Positions 12,630-26,010 are shown, counted from the stretch's first letter. The stretch is 64,000 nucleotides of DNA from Spongospora subterranea f. sp. subterranea (GCA_049724395.1 JAUGWO010000016.1:1-64000), one strand, 5' to 3'. Made by a program: numbers and translations. Notes: generated from the letters alone by a model not told the origin.

Positions 12630-13922
12630 GTGCCGTTTACTGGCACCTTATCATCGTTATTCTCGCAACGGAGAAGTGCTGCCGCGAAAGGGCTGAAGAA
12701 CGTCATCGAGCACAACATGGAAAAATTTGTCGATCAGGACATATGCACGCTGCGTATGGCTTGTGAACAAGCCCAATTTCATCGTACTTTACCCGAATCT
12801 CCAGAATCTCTATCAAAAACGTCTGTGAAAGACAGGGATGACCTGGAAGTTTCATCGCCAATTATGGATGAAGATACACAGGAAGATGTTCCTAACTTCA
12901 AGAGCAGGGCGTCCACCAAGAGAAAACGCCACAATTTGAGTCCAAATCAGAGCCGAATTCTGGAAAAAGCGTTCAGCTTAAACCCCCATCCCGGTCGGAA
13001 ATTGAGGCTTGAAATATCCAATATGATCACTCTCGATGTCGACAAAGTCAGGAAATGGTTCGAGAACAGAAGGAACAAGGCGAAAAGGGTTGAAGCCATG
13101 GCCAAAAATACGTTTACGTCAAGGCAAAAGCGAGCTGAATCGTCGCCCGGCGATGAAGATATTGAACTACCTGAAAGTTGGAGAAACGGTGCACGCGAGG
13201 ATGGAACTGGAAAGGATGAAACGCAGCCTGCGATCATGTCGCTGATGAAAGTGTATAGGGACAGAATCGACGCCATCGAGTCCAACCAGTTCCTGGAATC
13301 GGAACCTACCGATGAAGAGAATCTGGATTTCAGGCAGAATCCGATCCTGGAGGCGTCGTCCATCAGCGGCGATCGCCTAGGCGAGATGGTCGCACCGTTC
13401 GTCTCTGAATTCATCTTCCACATCGGCAGCCAGATTCGGGAGCGGTTCGGATCAGACGACAATGCCGGCCAGATCATACAGGCCCAAGAGACGTTCAGGA
13501 TTCATGCTGAGCGCCTTTTCGCCTGTGTCAGATACGACTGCAGGACGATTCTTCTGAAAACCAGGACCTCGTGCGAAGCCAGCTGTTTCGCGTTCTTCAT
13601 TAGTGCAGGTGACGCCACAGGCAATGGTAAACCCAGTACGAGCGAGTTTGAAGAGGTGCGGATCGACTGTGTCATGGAGCTGGTGACGAATTCGTTGACG
13701 CGGATCGTTTTCCATATCCACACGCAACAAGAGGAATCGTTCGCAATCGGCTGCAAGCGGGTCAGTAACGGGGCGGTCGCCTGGGGTGATGTTCGCCGTC
13801 TCAAGGCGTTGCTTCACGCTCCAGTTCAGGACAGAGATCTCTGGTCGCTCCTGATCTTCCTTGGAGTCTGTCGACCGGCGATCTCCGAAACCTGGTTGGC
13901 AACTTTAATATCACAAATGTGA
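12630..13922 (+). CDS. Homeodomain transcription factor
   Basis: KRKRHNLSPNQSRILEKAFSLNPHPGRKLRLEISNMITLDVDKVRKWFENRRNKAKR contains the helix-3 WFxNRR motif. The true start may be in an upstream exon near 12371. Confidence 0.88.
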   Translation: MPFTGTLSSLFSQRRSAAAKGLKNVIEHNMEKFVDQDICTLRMACEQAQFHRTLPESPESLSKTSVKDRDDLEVSSPIMDEDTQEDVPNFKSRASTKRKRHNLSPNQSRILEKAFSLNPHPGRKLRLEISNMITLDVDKVRKWFENRRNKAKRVEAMAKNTFTSRQKRAESSPGDEDIELPESWRNGAREDGTGKDETQPAIMSLMKVYRDRIDAIESNQFLESEPTDEENLDFRQNPILEASSISGDRLGEMVAPFVSEFIFHIGSQIRERFGSDDNAGQIIQAQETFRIHAERLFACVRYDCRTILLKTRTSCEASCFAFFISAGDATGNGKPSTSEFEEVRIDCVMELVTNSLTRIVFHIHTQQEESFAIGCKRVSNGAVAWGDVRRLKALLHAPVQDRDLWSLLIFLGVCRPAISETWLATLISQM

Positions 13923-13999
13923 CACATTTCCTAACTCGACATCAATCTACATCTATCATAGCGCCGAACTAAAGGCTCAAAATAAACAAATATATCTCA

Positions 14000-14615
14000 T
14001 CACTTCAATTCAGTTTTATTCTCCGGCGATCTGTCGTTCCGATTAATGATTTGATTCGGTAATATCGACAGTGAATCATCAAGAGCCAAGTTAACATACG
14101 CCTGTTGAGACCTTAGAACTCCACCACGACATCCCGAACAGAACAACGTGTGATTGTACCTGTTCATTGACAGTAATCGTGACATTGATTCTATCCAATG
14201 CCTCAGCGATAATGGCGGCCAGCTGATGTTTACACTGAGGAAAAGATCAAAACTTATCTGCGAACTCGTGTACGCTTCAACTCACAAAATGGGATTGTTC
14301 GTTGAGGATAACGGTGTGCAAGAAAGCAGGGCATGAACAACACCGTTTTGTGCATCGATAAGGTGTTGAACGAGATCCATAAACCCTGTATGCTGAAGCT
14401 GTTTTCGAATTGATACGCTCTATTGCATCCGAGTCGACAATTTCTAGAGCGCGAGCCAGTACATTTCCGGGTATCAGATACTTGAGCATCGTCAGATTAT
14501 CGATATCTGTGTATGAAAGTTGAGCATCAGCCGGGGCCAGCGAGGCGCCCATTCCCGAACCACTGCCTTCTCTTCGGCCCCATTTCAAAATGATTGCTTC
14601 GATAATGTTCTGCAT
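14000..14615 (-). CDS. ZSWIM7: SWIM zinc-finger protein, ZSWIM7/SWS1-like (Shu complex)
   Basis: LARALEIVD...YRVYGS...CSCPAFLHTVILNEQSHF|CKHQLAA forms CxCx(n)CxH across an intron. Three exons. Confidence 0.82.
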
Positions 14616-15980
14616 GGCGGCACCGTCATCATTTACAGCGACGTCATGTGGTATCTGTTATCGTCAAATCGATAGATTTGAAAGTGAATTCGATTTTGGG
14701 GTTCAACCGGGTCGCGCAAATACAGTACCGTGCATCTGACGCCACGCGCTGCGAAACATTCGCACTGCCGCTCGCCTTCGTGCCCGAAATCGTGCACATC
14801 CCAAGAGGCGTCGTTCCCCATCGTTGACGAGAATGTATTCCCTCTTCGCTTCGCGCCTGGAGACCATCAAGTTAGGAGAGCGGAGGTGGTCAAGGAAATG
14901 GACTAGTATACGCAGTCATGGCGATTGCCTCGCATTATGGAAATCAATATATGGCTATTTTATTGTTCTTGGCGCCACGTTCAGAGTCGAAGATCGGCCA
15001 CCCTGCAGTGTCCCTCTCTCTTTCGAAGATCATAGCTTGCACATCTTGAACGAATCACTGGTCGATAGAGAATTTTGCGAGATTATACAGATTGTCGCTC
15101 TCACACTTGCCATCGTCGGCATTGGTATGGGTCGTTATGGTTAGGAGCAGAACGATGCAACGCAGAGCGAAGCGCCTCATACTGTTTGGCTGTGGATTTC
15201 CAATTTTTGCTCAGTACTCAGACGATCCAAACCGACATAATATCGTCAGATCAACCGCAGAACCTACTGACGAAAGTTTTTACGCCATTGTGTAATACTT
15301 TTTGTCATTATTGCATCATAAATAACCAAACGTATTTCAACCCGATAATCTACATTGTGTTGTTGGCTACTAGGCTATATTTGCTGACTGTTTGTTCCTC
15401 TAGGCCATGGCTGTCCCAACTCGCCTGGTCAATATGATGTTTTGGATTCGCCCTGAAGATTAGGGTCTTCGTTGCACCCAACATTGAGATGGATAACACT
15501 CCAAGATTCTTTCAAGCCCAAACGGAACGGAGAGAGTATACCATAAGCCAGCCACAGCAGTAATGATGTACAAGCTGAACCAGAATGCTTACCAATACTC
15601 GTCAACTAGCTCACTCTCTGACGACGATGATGCGAAAACACGACGACAAAAATCGGCCGTGACAGCCATCAGACTCAGGACCGGTACAACCCTTCGAATC
15701 ACGTCAGTGACACTTCGGCCTTCACCCCAGCAGGTGATCAAACCCAGATCAGCAATGAAACCCAAGAAGCAGTTTCTCGGCATGGAGAAGAGCCGGAGTT
15801 CTGCCCCCCCAACGCATATGAGACTACACATGGCGGCAAGTACTGTAACACAGTCGAGGGAAGCGTAACCAAGTCAGGTGAGTAACGATCGGACAGGCGC
15901 TGTCGTGTATAACAAGACATTGTCCCCAGACCCGTCACAGGCTGGGCATTAGTCGCCCGATCAACCACCCAGGCCGGCAG

Positions 15981-17701
15981 ATGGCGGCGGCAATTGTTCA
16001 TGACCATGAGGAACGCCTGCTGGCCTCCGATCCGCCCGCTCATGCACCGTACGAGCGTAGCGCCACCGTCGAAATGGTGGCGGCGCGCAAGCCGAATCCA
16101 CGCCTGCTGTCTCTGGATGCGTTTCGCGGCGCGATTGTCTGTCTTATGATCCTCGTTCGTTTGACACTTTCGTCCCAAATAACTCTATGTTGTTGATTAC
16201 AACTGGAATATAGACTGACGACGCTGGTGCTGCATACCGACATTGGATGGACCATTCCCCGGTAATTTATCGTCTTGGCAAACTCTGGCGTTCTCTGCTC
16301 TAAATTGATCTTCAGTGGAGTGGCCTCAGATTAGCCGATATTATCACTGCCAGGGTTCCTTTTCGCGGTTGGCTGTTCAACTGCATTTGCAATTATGAGT
16401 CAACGTGCCCGCCCAGCAAGTCGTAAATCCATTGCTAAAGGGGCGTTGAAGCGCTGCGCTCGATTGGTGGTTTTAGGTCTTATTCTGCAAGGAGGTCAGT
16501 TTCCCAATCGATATAGTCTGTACTATCTTCGTATTCCTGGAATCCTGCAACGAATCGCGGTGGTCTACATAACGACCGTGGCGATCGAGCTACTGATCCC
16601 CGTCAGGCAATCCGCTCGTCACCATCTTGCTCGCTATGTCTGGCAATATGTCGCCATGTTGGCAATGGTTACCGTTCATGGCGGCATGATCGCGTTCGCC
16701 ATCAGGAACATGTCGTGCGATGCGTCGTTCCTGAACCCGACACCGGACTGTTCTCCATCGTCCTATTGGGATATGGCCGTATTTGGCGTTAATCACCTTG
16801 TAAATTCTACATCGAATATACTTCATTCACATGTGTCCATACATTTTTGTTTCTTTCTTCGACGCTTTCGTTTTTGTCAAGGTGGAATGATTTCGCTTCA
16901 TTTTACACAAAAAATTTATTGTTCTAATCCAATTTGTGGTTTCCCGTACCACTAGTGCCAACGTCGATAATTTCTGATGTTTTATCAGTATCATCGACCT
17001 GAATATGTTCGAGATCCGGCTTGCTCATCGTGCAGTCCAGCGATGTGTCCACGAGATAACGCGCCGTCGTGGTGCTCGGTCCCGTTCGATCCCGAAGGCA
17101 TCCTGTCCACGATCGCCAGCATCACGAGCGCCTTCGTTGGCCTGCAGTTTGCCCATCTGTTCATTGACCACCACGAACCTCAACGAATCTCTCGTAGCCC
17201 GTTATTCGACCGTCACCAAGCGTGGTTTATCTTCTCGTTTGTCAATATCGTTCTCGGAGTGGCAGCATTGTCGATTGGAATTCCGATCAACAAGGTATTT
17301 CAGAACCAATTGCGAGGTTTTTTGGCTGATCGGCGTTCCATCAGAATGTGTATTCGTTATCGTACTTGTGTTTAACATCCGCTTTAAATATCGCTGTCAT
17401 GGCGATACTGTATGAACTGATCGAACGCAAACATCGTATCGGAGTGTTATCGTGGCTGATTTCGGTCGGTCGTCAAGCAGTTCTCGTATACGCGTTAGGC
17501 GCATGTGACATTTTAGATCTGGTCATCACCTGGGTTTATTGGGAACGCCCTAACCAGAACTTGGTCGAGTTGGGTTCGCGTCTATGCCGTTTATGGCTCG
17601 GGTTCGATCTTGGATTGATAACGTTCGTCGTGATCAAGATTGCATTTTGGGTCGGCGTTTGCATGATTCTACACCGGTGGCGTAAATATTACACCATCTA
17701 A
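15981..17701 (+). CDS. HGSNAT: Heparan-alpha-glucosaminide N-acetyltransferase-like membrane protein
   Basis: Motifs RLLSLDAFRG, LRIPGILQRIA, PSWCSVPFDPEGILS and GIPINK|NVYSLSY. Multi-exon. Confidence 0.9.
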
Positions 17702-17857
17702 CGGCATTCAAATACAAAATCTAAACAGTAGTGGACAATTTCGCGACTATGAGAGGAAGATTCGCTTGGCAATATAAAGAGTATGTTAATATTAGGATTT
17801 AGTAGAGAAAATCGACACTAGCAATTGTATTTGTTTGTGGGATGTTTTTCTAAATGC

Positions 17858-18289
17858 TTATTTGGATTCATCGGCCTTTTCAAGGCTGAAGTATTTGAGC
17901 TTGTATGAGGTCTTGGTGTCGGCGATGACGCGGACGTAATCACGTAGCTGGTGCTTCTTCAAGAACTTCTGGGTCAGGTACTTGATGTATCGCTTGCTGA
18001 AGGGGGCGGCGGCCTGGATGTTCATCGTCTTGGCGTCACGGCTGAGGACAACGGATTCACCTAGAACACCAGTTTTTCCGTTGATCTTGATGCGGTCGTG
18101 AAGGTACTTCTCGTAAGCAGCGATGTCAAAGATGCCATCGGCTACGGGGGCGTCGCACTTCACCGCGAATTTCAGGAAGACCTTCTTGGCGACTGGGGCG
18201 GATTTGTCGGATTTCTATAACACGAAACAAACATCACTCAGCTGCTCTGAGACATGTGTCGTTGGCGATAGTACCTTGGCGACGGCCAT
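17858..18289 (-). CDS. RPL22: 60S ribosomal protein L22e
   Basis: MAVAK|...PVADGIFDIAAYEKYLHDRIKINGKTG...FSKRYIKYLTQKFLKKHQLRDYVRVIA. Confidence 0.96.
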
Positions 18290-18487
18290 TTTTGATGAGC
18301 TGTTAAGATCAGGATTGAAATCCGGAAACGAGGAAGACGAAGATAGCGATTGTGAACGAATGGGTATAAAATGCGCCACGGACTCCGACAGACGACAATA
18401 TATGGACGTTGCCCCAATCAAAATTGAGGGTAAGGTTCAGGACAATAATATTAATGGTGTATTGGAATTTTAGCGATGAACTATATA

Positions 18488-20024
18488 CTAACGATTTACA
18501 TCTATGGCTTCATGGTTTCTATTGATAACCATTGTGTAATCATCAATAAGTTCGCTGTACAAAGCGGCTAGGATTTTTTTCCTTTCTGTTGAACTTCGCC
18601 AGGTACTCTTCGTACTGTCCCCGAGATATTGTTTTTGCAACCTTCTCTTGACTTCTAGACGAAAATCTGTCCATATGGCTTCATCAACATTGTTCTCATG
18701 TAAAATCCGCAGCTTCAACATTTCATAGACGCGCCGAATTTGCGGAAGGGAAATCTTCAACTTTTTGCGAATCTCGAACGCGATTCTAGCATCCCACTTT
18801 TCCAGAGATGAACAAAACAATGCATTAGGATGCTTTCCCCCGTCGCTGATAACAGTCCTGTAGAAACCTGCCGCCAATAAACGTCGTAGGTCCACGTGAT
18901 CGCGAAGTCTTTGGAATGAGCGGGTTGGATCCTGATATGAGCGATTGAGGAAGAAACAACCGCAGATGACAGATATTTTGTCACCGTACTTCAACGGTTA
19001 CTTCGAAACAATCACGTCGAATGCCTTCATCATAAACAGCTTGAAGAAGATGCCTGCCGTGACCATAACGTTGATATGGTGGTAATACCACGATTTGGCT
19101 TAAGCGTAAGCGCTCGCCTCCTGGGTGCCTATCTAATGCCATGCCCATCAGCTCGGTTGATGTGAAGCACATGCAAACGCCATACAAAAAGAGTACATTG
19201 AGACGTAGGCAGCAATATCAAAAAAATTGCCAGAATTGGATCCTTCAGAGGGTGGTCGACGCCGATAAAGGAACAGTAAAGACCACTTTTCGTCAGTATC
19301 ATCGATGAAAGATGCTGATTCAATAAAACATGTCGCATGAAACCGAAGGCGTTCATGAAACTTGCGGACACCTTTCATGGAAAAATCTGCCTGGAACCTT
19401 TTGGTTAGTAAAAAGTAGCACAGCAAATAATGCATGGGAAAAACCTTTCTGATCTGAAACTCGACGGTATCGCCATCAGGTTTCTCTTTGATAAAATAAG
19501 TTGAGACGATGTCGCCCAAGGGGGCAAAAGGCGAGGTCAACTTCTACAAAAGAACATCAGCCCAAAAGCCAGATATGACTCATAGTGTACGACCTTTTTA
19601 AATAGTGCAATGTTGTGAGTTTGGAAATCAGGTTGATTAGGTAGGAACTTTTTGATGCAACCGACGACATCGTCAGCGTCGGGGTTTTTTCGGATTGAGA
19701 CGAATTCTGGCCCATATAGGTACAGCGAATGCGCCTGGTTGAAAAGCACCTGGTAAATCTGTGTTGATTTGCGCACTTCCAGAGGAACTGACCGCGAACT
19801 TGAGGTTGATTAGGGGACAGTCTAAAGAGTCATTTATCAGCGGAATGAATTCGAAACCATCATAAATACTGACCATAGCCTCGAATGTTCTCTGATTCGA
19901 ATATCTGATGCACGAATTCGGGATGGAAGAGGAACCTGGACGCCACGGCGCGACTGCGCTCCAGCTCTGTCGCATCCCGAACAATGTGAATGTGGAAAAC
20001 GGAGCGAGCATCCACCACATCCAT
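18488..20024 (-). CDS. HAT1: Histone acetyltransferase type B catalytic subunit
   Basis: FHPEFVHQIFESENIR, FHERL..FIESASFID, RLRLSQIVVLPPYQRYGHG (acetyl-CoA motif), EVTVE|DP and RLEVKRRL. Multi-exon. Confidence 0.93.
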
Positions 20025-20401
20025 GGACAGCACCTTTATTTATCTGAACTGATTGAAGTCGCGGTGACTGAAAAGCGTAGTATTCGCGCAGCCAGCTGAG
20101 CACCAATAGCGATCACCACGATACCATTGTATCAGCGCAACCCTTTGCTGATCTGCTTTCGATACACGATACACCATTGTATCAGCGCGACACAGGTGAT
20201 TTACGTTCAATGCATGTCAGGGCCCGGTCGCTGCCGACGGCTGTTCAGTCGAACACGTCCCCGGGCCAGTGTCACATGGGGCCAGCCATGATGCCCAAGA
20301 ACAGGATCTGGATGTCGGCTCACGGAAATGAGCAGCGATTGCAGTGTAAATCTGAATTTTATGGATTTTCTATTAAAATATAAGAGAGAGAAAGGTTTTG
20401 T

Positions 20402-21631
20402 TTAAAACGGCCAGCACCATGCAAAGCAGAACATTGACTTCACGCTCCATTTGGCTTCGGGTTCATCTTCGATCTCGTAGCTGATTTGGGTAGAAGTCAA
20501 TAACGGCTTCAGAAGATCGTTCGTGAACGGTTTGTATTCTTCAGGTGCCGGGGAGGATTCGTGAACAAAGAGACCTTCTGACGATGGCGGTTGAACGCGG
20601 TGCCAACTGACATCTATTTCGGACACCTCCTTTTTCGATATTTTATAGTTATCGGCAAGAATAATGCTCTCGTCACGCTTCTCCTTAGGACAACTCGGGG
20701 GAAGTGACTCAGTAGATTTTGCAGCAAAGTGCACCGGTTCGACAATTCTAGGATTCGAAGCCAGGGAGTTGTTAAGAGGCGTCACTTTAGCTGATGCGAT
20801 CTTGACCGGCGTCATTGGTTCAATGGGGGATTGACGAACAGAGCAGTTAACGGGCACGTCGGTTGGCGTCGTGCTAGCAGATCCAGAGGTGTAGCTGAGA
20901 CTAAGACCAAGATGGAATCCATCACTTCTGGAACGATTGTGATCGAGCATCTCAGCAGATTCGGCGACGTGTTCGTCAGGCATTGTTGCATACGTTATTG
21001 TTTCGCCGACGCAGGACTCTTTAGCGCCGTTGAGTTTTCCAGCGTTCAGTGCAGATCTGCGATCTTGAGCAGGAAAAGAGACATCCTGAAGATCTTCAGA
21101 TGCAACTGACGTACCAGTACTTGGGTCTGATCGACGAAGATGCCGACCCGCGTTGGCCACAAACTGCTCTGTGTTTTCTCCATCAGTGACGAAACTAAAA
21201 CTGCTATTTTCATCGCGACGGTCCAAAGCGTCTAGCGAGCGCGGACTCATTGTGTCTGAAAATGTATCAACAGATAGGCTCATTGCATTTGAGATTGCTT
21301 TCGCTCGTTCGATTCCTTCCTGCTGATATTGAGAAGAATCTTTTCCACTTCGACCTTCTTCATTCGATGTCCCCTCAGTTGATGTACCAGTAATGGACTT
21401 CCCAACATCGATATCATGTATAGAAGCATATGGATCTCGGTTTTCAGTCTGAATCTCGGAAACATTCATCTTAGAAGCGCGTCTTGCCGCTTTTGGTTTT
21501 GGATGGTCAAGCTTATCGAGTGACACGATGGGTCCAGCTTCAAAAAACGGCGTCCCTGGCAATTTGGCCCCCTTCGCGCGATGTTTTTTATTCTTGGGTT
21601 TGGATAACGCATCCCATTTTGAAGATGCCAT
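20402..21631 (-). CDS. Hypothetical Ser-rich disordered protein
   Basis: Long intronless ORF, likely starting at MASSKWDALSKPK and ending KWSVKSMFCFAWCWPF. Confidence 0.7.
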   Translation of the reverse strand: MASSKWDALSKPKNKKHRAKGAKLPGTPFFEAGPIVSLDKLDHPKPKAARRASKMNVSEIQTENRDPYASIHDIDVGKSITGTSTEGTSNEEGRSGKDSSQYQQEGIERAKAISNAMSLSVDTFSDTMSPRSLDALDRRDENSSFSFVTDGENTEQFVANAGRHLRRSDPSTGTSVASEDLQDVSFPAQDRRSALNAGKLNGAKESCVGETITYATMPDEHVAESAEMLDHNRSRSDGFHLGLSLSYTSGSASTTPTDVPVNCSVRQSPIEPMTPVKIASAKVTPLNNSLASNPRIVEPVHFAAKSTESLPPSCPKEKRDESIILADNYKISKKEVSEIDVSWHRVQPPSSEGLFVHESSPAPEEYKPFTNDLLKPLLTSTQISYEIEDEPEAKWSVKSMFCFAWCWPF

Positions 21632-22454
21632 GATAGAACACGATTCTGATTGAGCCGACGACGTGTGCGAACACGAATTGGTGATCGGTTTGATTGATTG
21701 ACTTCTGTGAGTGGCGCTCAACTGTATAGCGATAAGTACGATGGGCAGATTGCTGACAGTCAGAGATATCTCTAGCTCCACCTGATATGGTGTCTGTAAT
21801 TGCCCCAGTCCCCTCTTCCTGATCCCCCCGCTGGCCAGCACTGCAGTAGCGAAATCAGTGTGCGATATCGATAAGTGAGTTGAGTGCGCGAATATTCATG
21901 GAGGATTGGAGGTGTACCTCAATCTTACTCGGCGCTGTCACGGTGCCGACAGGTTACGCCACATCGGTCGCAGTTGGCTCCAACAGTTAACTGCATCAGG
22001 GTGCGACGACGGGCTACGGAGAAACTTCAGAGTCGAGGAAGCTGCTGTGATGAGTGCGGTCGGGCGAATGTTAGACCTGCCTCCGTTGACATGTTGTTGA
22101 CCATATTCTCCTTACAAATGCTTCGCGGCTGAGTTTTTGATCCCGATTCGAACTGCATCGACTGGAGACAAACAGCTGATTCGTTTACTTCAAAGCCGTC
22201 GTGACTGTCGTTGCAGGCGTTCCATGCGGTGTCTGACCTCCGACATTTTCAAGTGACTAGCCATTGCTGTTGGGCAGAATCAACAATTCGATAAAATGTA
22301 ATCGACTGAAAAGAGCTTTCGATGCTGTTTGGAATAGAGGTGGAAGACTCAACCGTGAACTGAAGTTTTGCAAGTAAGGCATGAGTTACTAAACAAACCA
22401 TGCAAAAAATCGTATCCGCCTACGGGGCCGTCGGCTTTATTGGCGAGGAGAACC

Positions 22455-22745
22455 TGGCCTCGTTTGTCATGATAAATAGATTCATCCTACAGTAGGCACA
22501 ACACTCATGGCCAGAACTGGATATGTGTGTGTGGATTTGAACAACCTGTTCGCAAAGCCAAAGAGGCGACTAGTACGTGAGCAAAAGTCGTCTAAGGATG
22601 AGCCTGCGTTGTTGCGATTAAGGACCACCCATGACAAAACTAAGATTTCCTGCATGATCATGTTTTGTCGCCGACAAAGAATAAATAACCAACGCTTCCA
22701 ACATCGTGTTATCTCTCTTTCGAGCTGACTATGTCAATGAAAGAA
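22455..22745 (+). pseudogene. Degenerate SRP14-like remnant
   Basis: NRFILQ*AQ, TGYVCVDL, EPALLRLRTTHDKTKISCMI and RFQHRVISL parallel SRP14 (QFLTEL, GSVYITL, CLLRATDGKKKISTVV, KFQMAY). Contains a stop and frameshifts. Confidence 0.4.
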
Positions 22746-23073
22746 CTCTTCGAACAAGGCTAAACAGACAATTTCTATCTGACCAGACAATATCTCGATT
22801 ATGCTTTGTCGAAAGTAAAAAATTGTTGTTAACGTGCGACCGGAGAATTAAAAGTTCCAGCACCCTTGGATAACGACGAAAAACAATGCAAGAAGGTATG
22901 TCTGGCGTTTTTGAGGCGAAATGTGTAAATACCCTTAACCTAAAAATCGTGCAGATTCGTCCGACATTCCATATGGTCGATGTACAGGACTTGTTTTGAT
23001 AGCGCCGATTGCTTTGCCCCAATCAACTCAGATAGATTAATTGACCCTCGAGGATTCCAACACAGCAATTCAT

Positions 23074-23160
23074 TGGGTTGCCTTCAGGGGGTTGCCTTCA
23101 GTTGCTTGGCCCAAGGGCTCAAAACGGGAAAGTCTCGGCCGTGCTCCTGAAGGCAACCCA
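23074..23160. repeat. 15-bp perfect inverted repeat around a 57-bp core
   Basis: TGGGTTGCCTTCAGG (23074-23088) / CCTGAAGGCAACCCA (23146-23160). The left arm is partly duplicated in tandem. Confidence 0.7.
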
Positions 23161-24828
23161 CGAGTCGCTGTCTTGAAATCTTCTCTGGTCAACGAATCTA
23201 AATTACAGTTTGACTTCGCATGGGGGGATTTATTGCAACGACCATGCTAGCGTTGTCAGTCCTGGTTTTACTCTCATTTTGTTCTGCTTACAGTACGTCG
23301 ATTGATTTTCCCATCAGCAGTTTTTACCGTTTACGTTGTGGTTTTTATTCTGAGTCATGCATGAGTTGACCGTCGCTAGCGAAAACATCTCGTGAATGTG
23401 CCTGGATGGGCTTTTTTATCGAGAACAGGGACGTCCTGAACTATATTGCAGGCGGGCTTTCACGAGATATCGGATTCCCCGAATCCAGACCGCAAACACC
23501 TAAAGGTTGTGATTCACCTGAACGATGCGAAAACGACTGAGTCAGCGGACTGCAATTACTTCTCTCGATCGCCCGCACAGCACCTTCTGTGGAATTCGGG
23601 AAGATTTTCCGACGTCCGCCTTCTGGAATTGGCCTGTTTCTGGCTACAACGTTGAACGGCGAATGTGGGCATGTCTTGAAACGCGATTATCACAGCCTGA
23701 TCCACATTATCGCTTGCGCCACTGAAGAAATTGACCGTTGAATATCGAAAATCAGCGATCTAAAGTGACCAAACAATATCTTTGCGGCTTCCAGCGACGA
23801 ACGTTTGTGAGGTAAGGGGCAGACACGAGTGCAGAACTAACGGAAGCGGCTCGACCAACGCACGCTATGGTACTAACCTTAAGTGAGGGCCAAATCATTG
23901 ATTGAGCATAGAGAAACTGAAGTAAACTGGCCGCAGTCGATGGCACCGGAGCAAATCGGGCCGGGTCATGGCGAACACCTTTTCAAGAATGCTACTTCCC
24001 GCACACTGAACGAAACAGTTTCACTCTCAAAAACACAATTGTACACGATGGACACGAGCCGTGATGAAAACTTCTCGGAGCCGCAGAAAGTGTGCCCGGA
24101 TATCCGGTGGATGGGCAAGATTTCGTCGAAGTTGATCTCAGAGGCATGAGTTGCACCGGAGGCGTGATGCATTCTGGCGCCAGACCCGTTGACGGAGCCC
24201 CTTCATGAGTGCGAATACATCAGCAGAGAAAACAGCCCATAACCGAGAAAAAGGCGTGTGCAGAAGGATCAATCAGTGTTTGCCAATATCCATTATCGGC
24301 ATCCAGAGAGGGAATGAAACAGCCGGGTGGATATCGATTCAACATCCACAGAGAAGGGCACAGATACGACTGGGTAAAGAAGAAAACCAAATGAAAATTT
24401 CCTTTGTATTCTTCTCGTGATCGTTAGACCCTATCTGACTCTTCATGCTGTATCGTTCAGTCATGGGCGAAGGAATGATGAAGTTCCACCAGTTAATCAG
24501 ATGGGTTTTGGAAGCAGCATTCAGACTCAGCGCCAACAAAAACCGACCACATTATGCACCGCCTCAAAAAAGACTCTCACTGAGTGCCCTTACTCCTTTG
24601 ATTCGCTCGATGTTGACAGTGAAAAACGTTGTCGCCAAATGATAAAACAAGGCAGGGCCGATACGATCAATTAAAAAACAAGAATCCCGGAAAGCTACTG
24701 CAAAAAAATTGACAACAATACTGGATAAAACCTGCCAAAGCATGAACACGATTTTATGAATGGTAAATGATATAGGTTGACCAAGGGAACACAGTGGGAA
24801 CGGTGCCGAGATCGCCACTTGAAAAGAC

Positions 24829-26010
24829 ATGTCCACCCGAGAGCCGCGCCATTGCGGTCCATATTGCGCGTCAGGGAATGTCCTGTTGACTCACATACAC
24901 TGCCGTCACAGTCGATGACGCGCTCAACAGCGCAATCCGTACACCCATCGCCCAACCCTTTTCGGCTGGGTGGCGCCGAATTTACTGGCCATCGATCATG
25001 CTGGCATGTTTGAATGGGTTCAGGAGTTCACCATCTGATACACTGGGATCCCTGGAAGAAATCATGGCCAAATACCTTGCGCATTCACTGGATGTTGTCA
25101 CTATTTCCGATGTCGACCTGTCCAATGCCGATAAGATCGTGGATAGACTCGAACGTGTGTTCGCTGATCTCAATCGCCTCATCGATGAAGCCAAAACCCA
25201 CCAGACGCAGATAGATAAGCACAGCAAGAGAGATAGACTATACTCGCTAGAATTGGTCCGTGATTTTCCCATTTGTTTCGATCGTCCTTAAATTGTTCTG
25301 CAATGGGCGTAGGCTCGTGAGCGGCAGATCAACCTGGATAAGGCATCGTCATGTCTCCAGGAACGGGTCAAAGAGAACAACGCTTTGTTGAATGACGTCA
25401 ATGAGAGAATACGCGTCGCAACGGATACAATAAATAATATGGAGGTACTTCAGCTTAATCAGATCCCATCCCCTTTCGGATGCGACCTCAAGGTGACTGC
25501 CATATTCACTAATAATCTGGTTCACCTTCAGTTTATCTCTCCATGTTTGCACTTTTCATTATTTCCTATACATTTATCGGATATTTGGTATGCTTTAGCC
25601 GATTTTACTTCGGAAATATTTATTGTTTTACTTAGGTTCTCGGAAAGGAAAGGGAGGAAATTTTAAAACAACTAGACGAATGCCAAGTACAAGAGCATAC
25701 GCTAGCGGAAAGTATGGAGTCGGCCGTGCGTCTAGTAATGATGCTGGAACTTCCCGCCGAAGGTGCCGATCAGTTCGGGCACATGGCCGACCTCCTTGGC
25801 AAGATTGGTCTATACCAGATACCGGTCGTAGGTTTGCCTAGAAGAAGATCGTACGATAACATCCAACAGAACATGTTGGCGATTATCAACGGTCTCGCCG
25901 CCGATTATATGCTTCATAACAAACTAAAACTCTGTATCAATAAGGCCGACGTGGCACGATCTGCGGTCTCGTTGCGAATTGTCGAAATAGTGTCACGTTT
26001 TTGGAGATGA
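24829..26010 (+). CDS. Hypothetical coiled-coil protein, multi-exon
   Basis: ORF pieces at 24998-25291, 25385-25445 and 25637-26010 are joined by GT-AG introns and have heptad-rich sequence. Start is uncertain. Confidence 0.55.

Noticed and set aside
12947..13817. Antisense ORFs over the homeobox gene
   Set aside because: Shadow frames of a well-supported CDS.
14820..15900. Small ORFs between ZSWIM7 and HGSNAT
   Set aside because: I could not build a consistent spliced model or recognise a domain.
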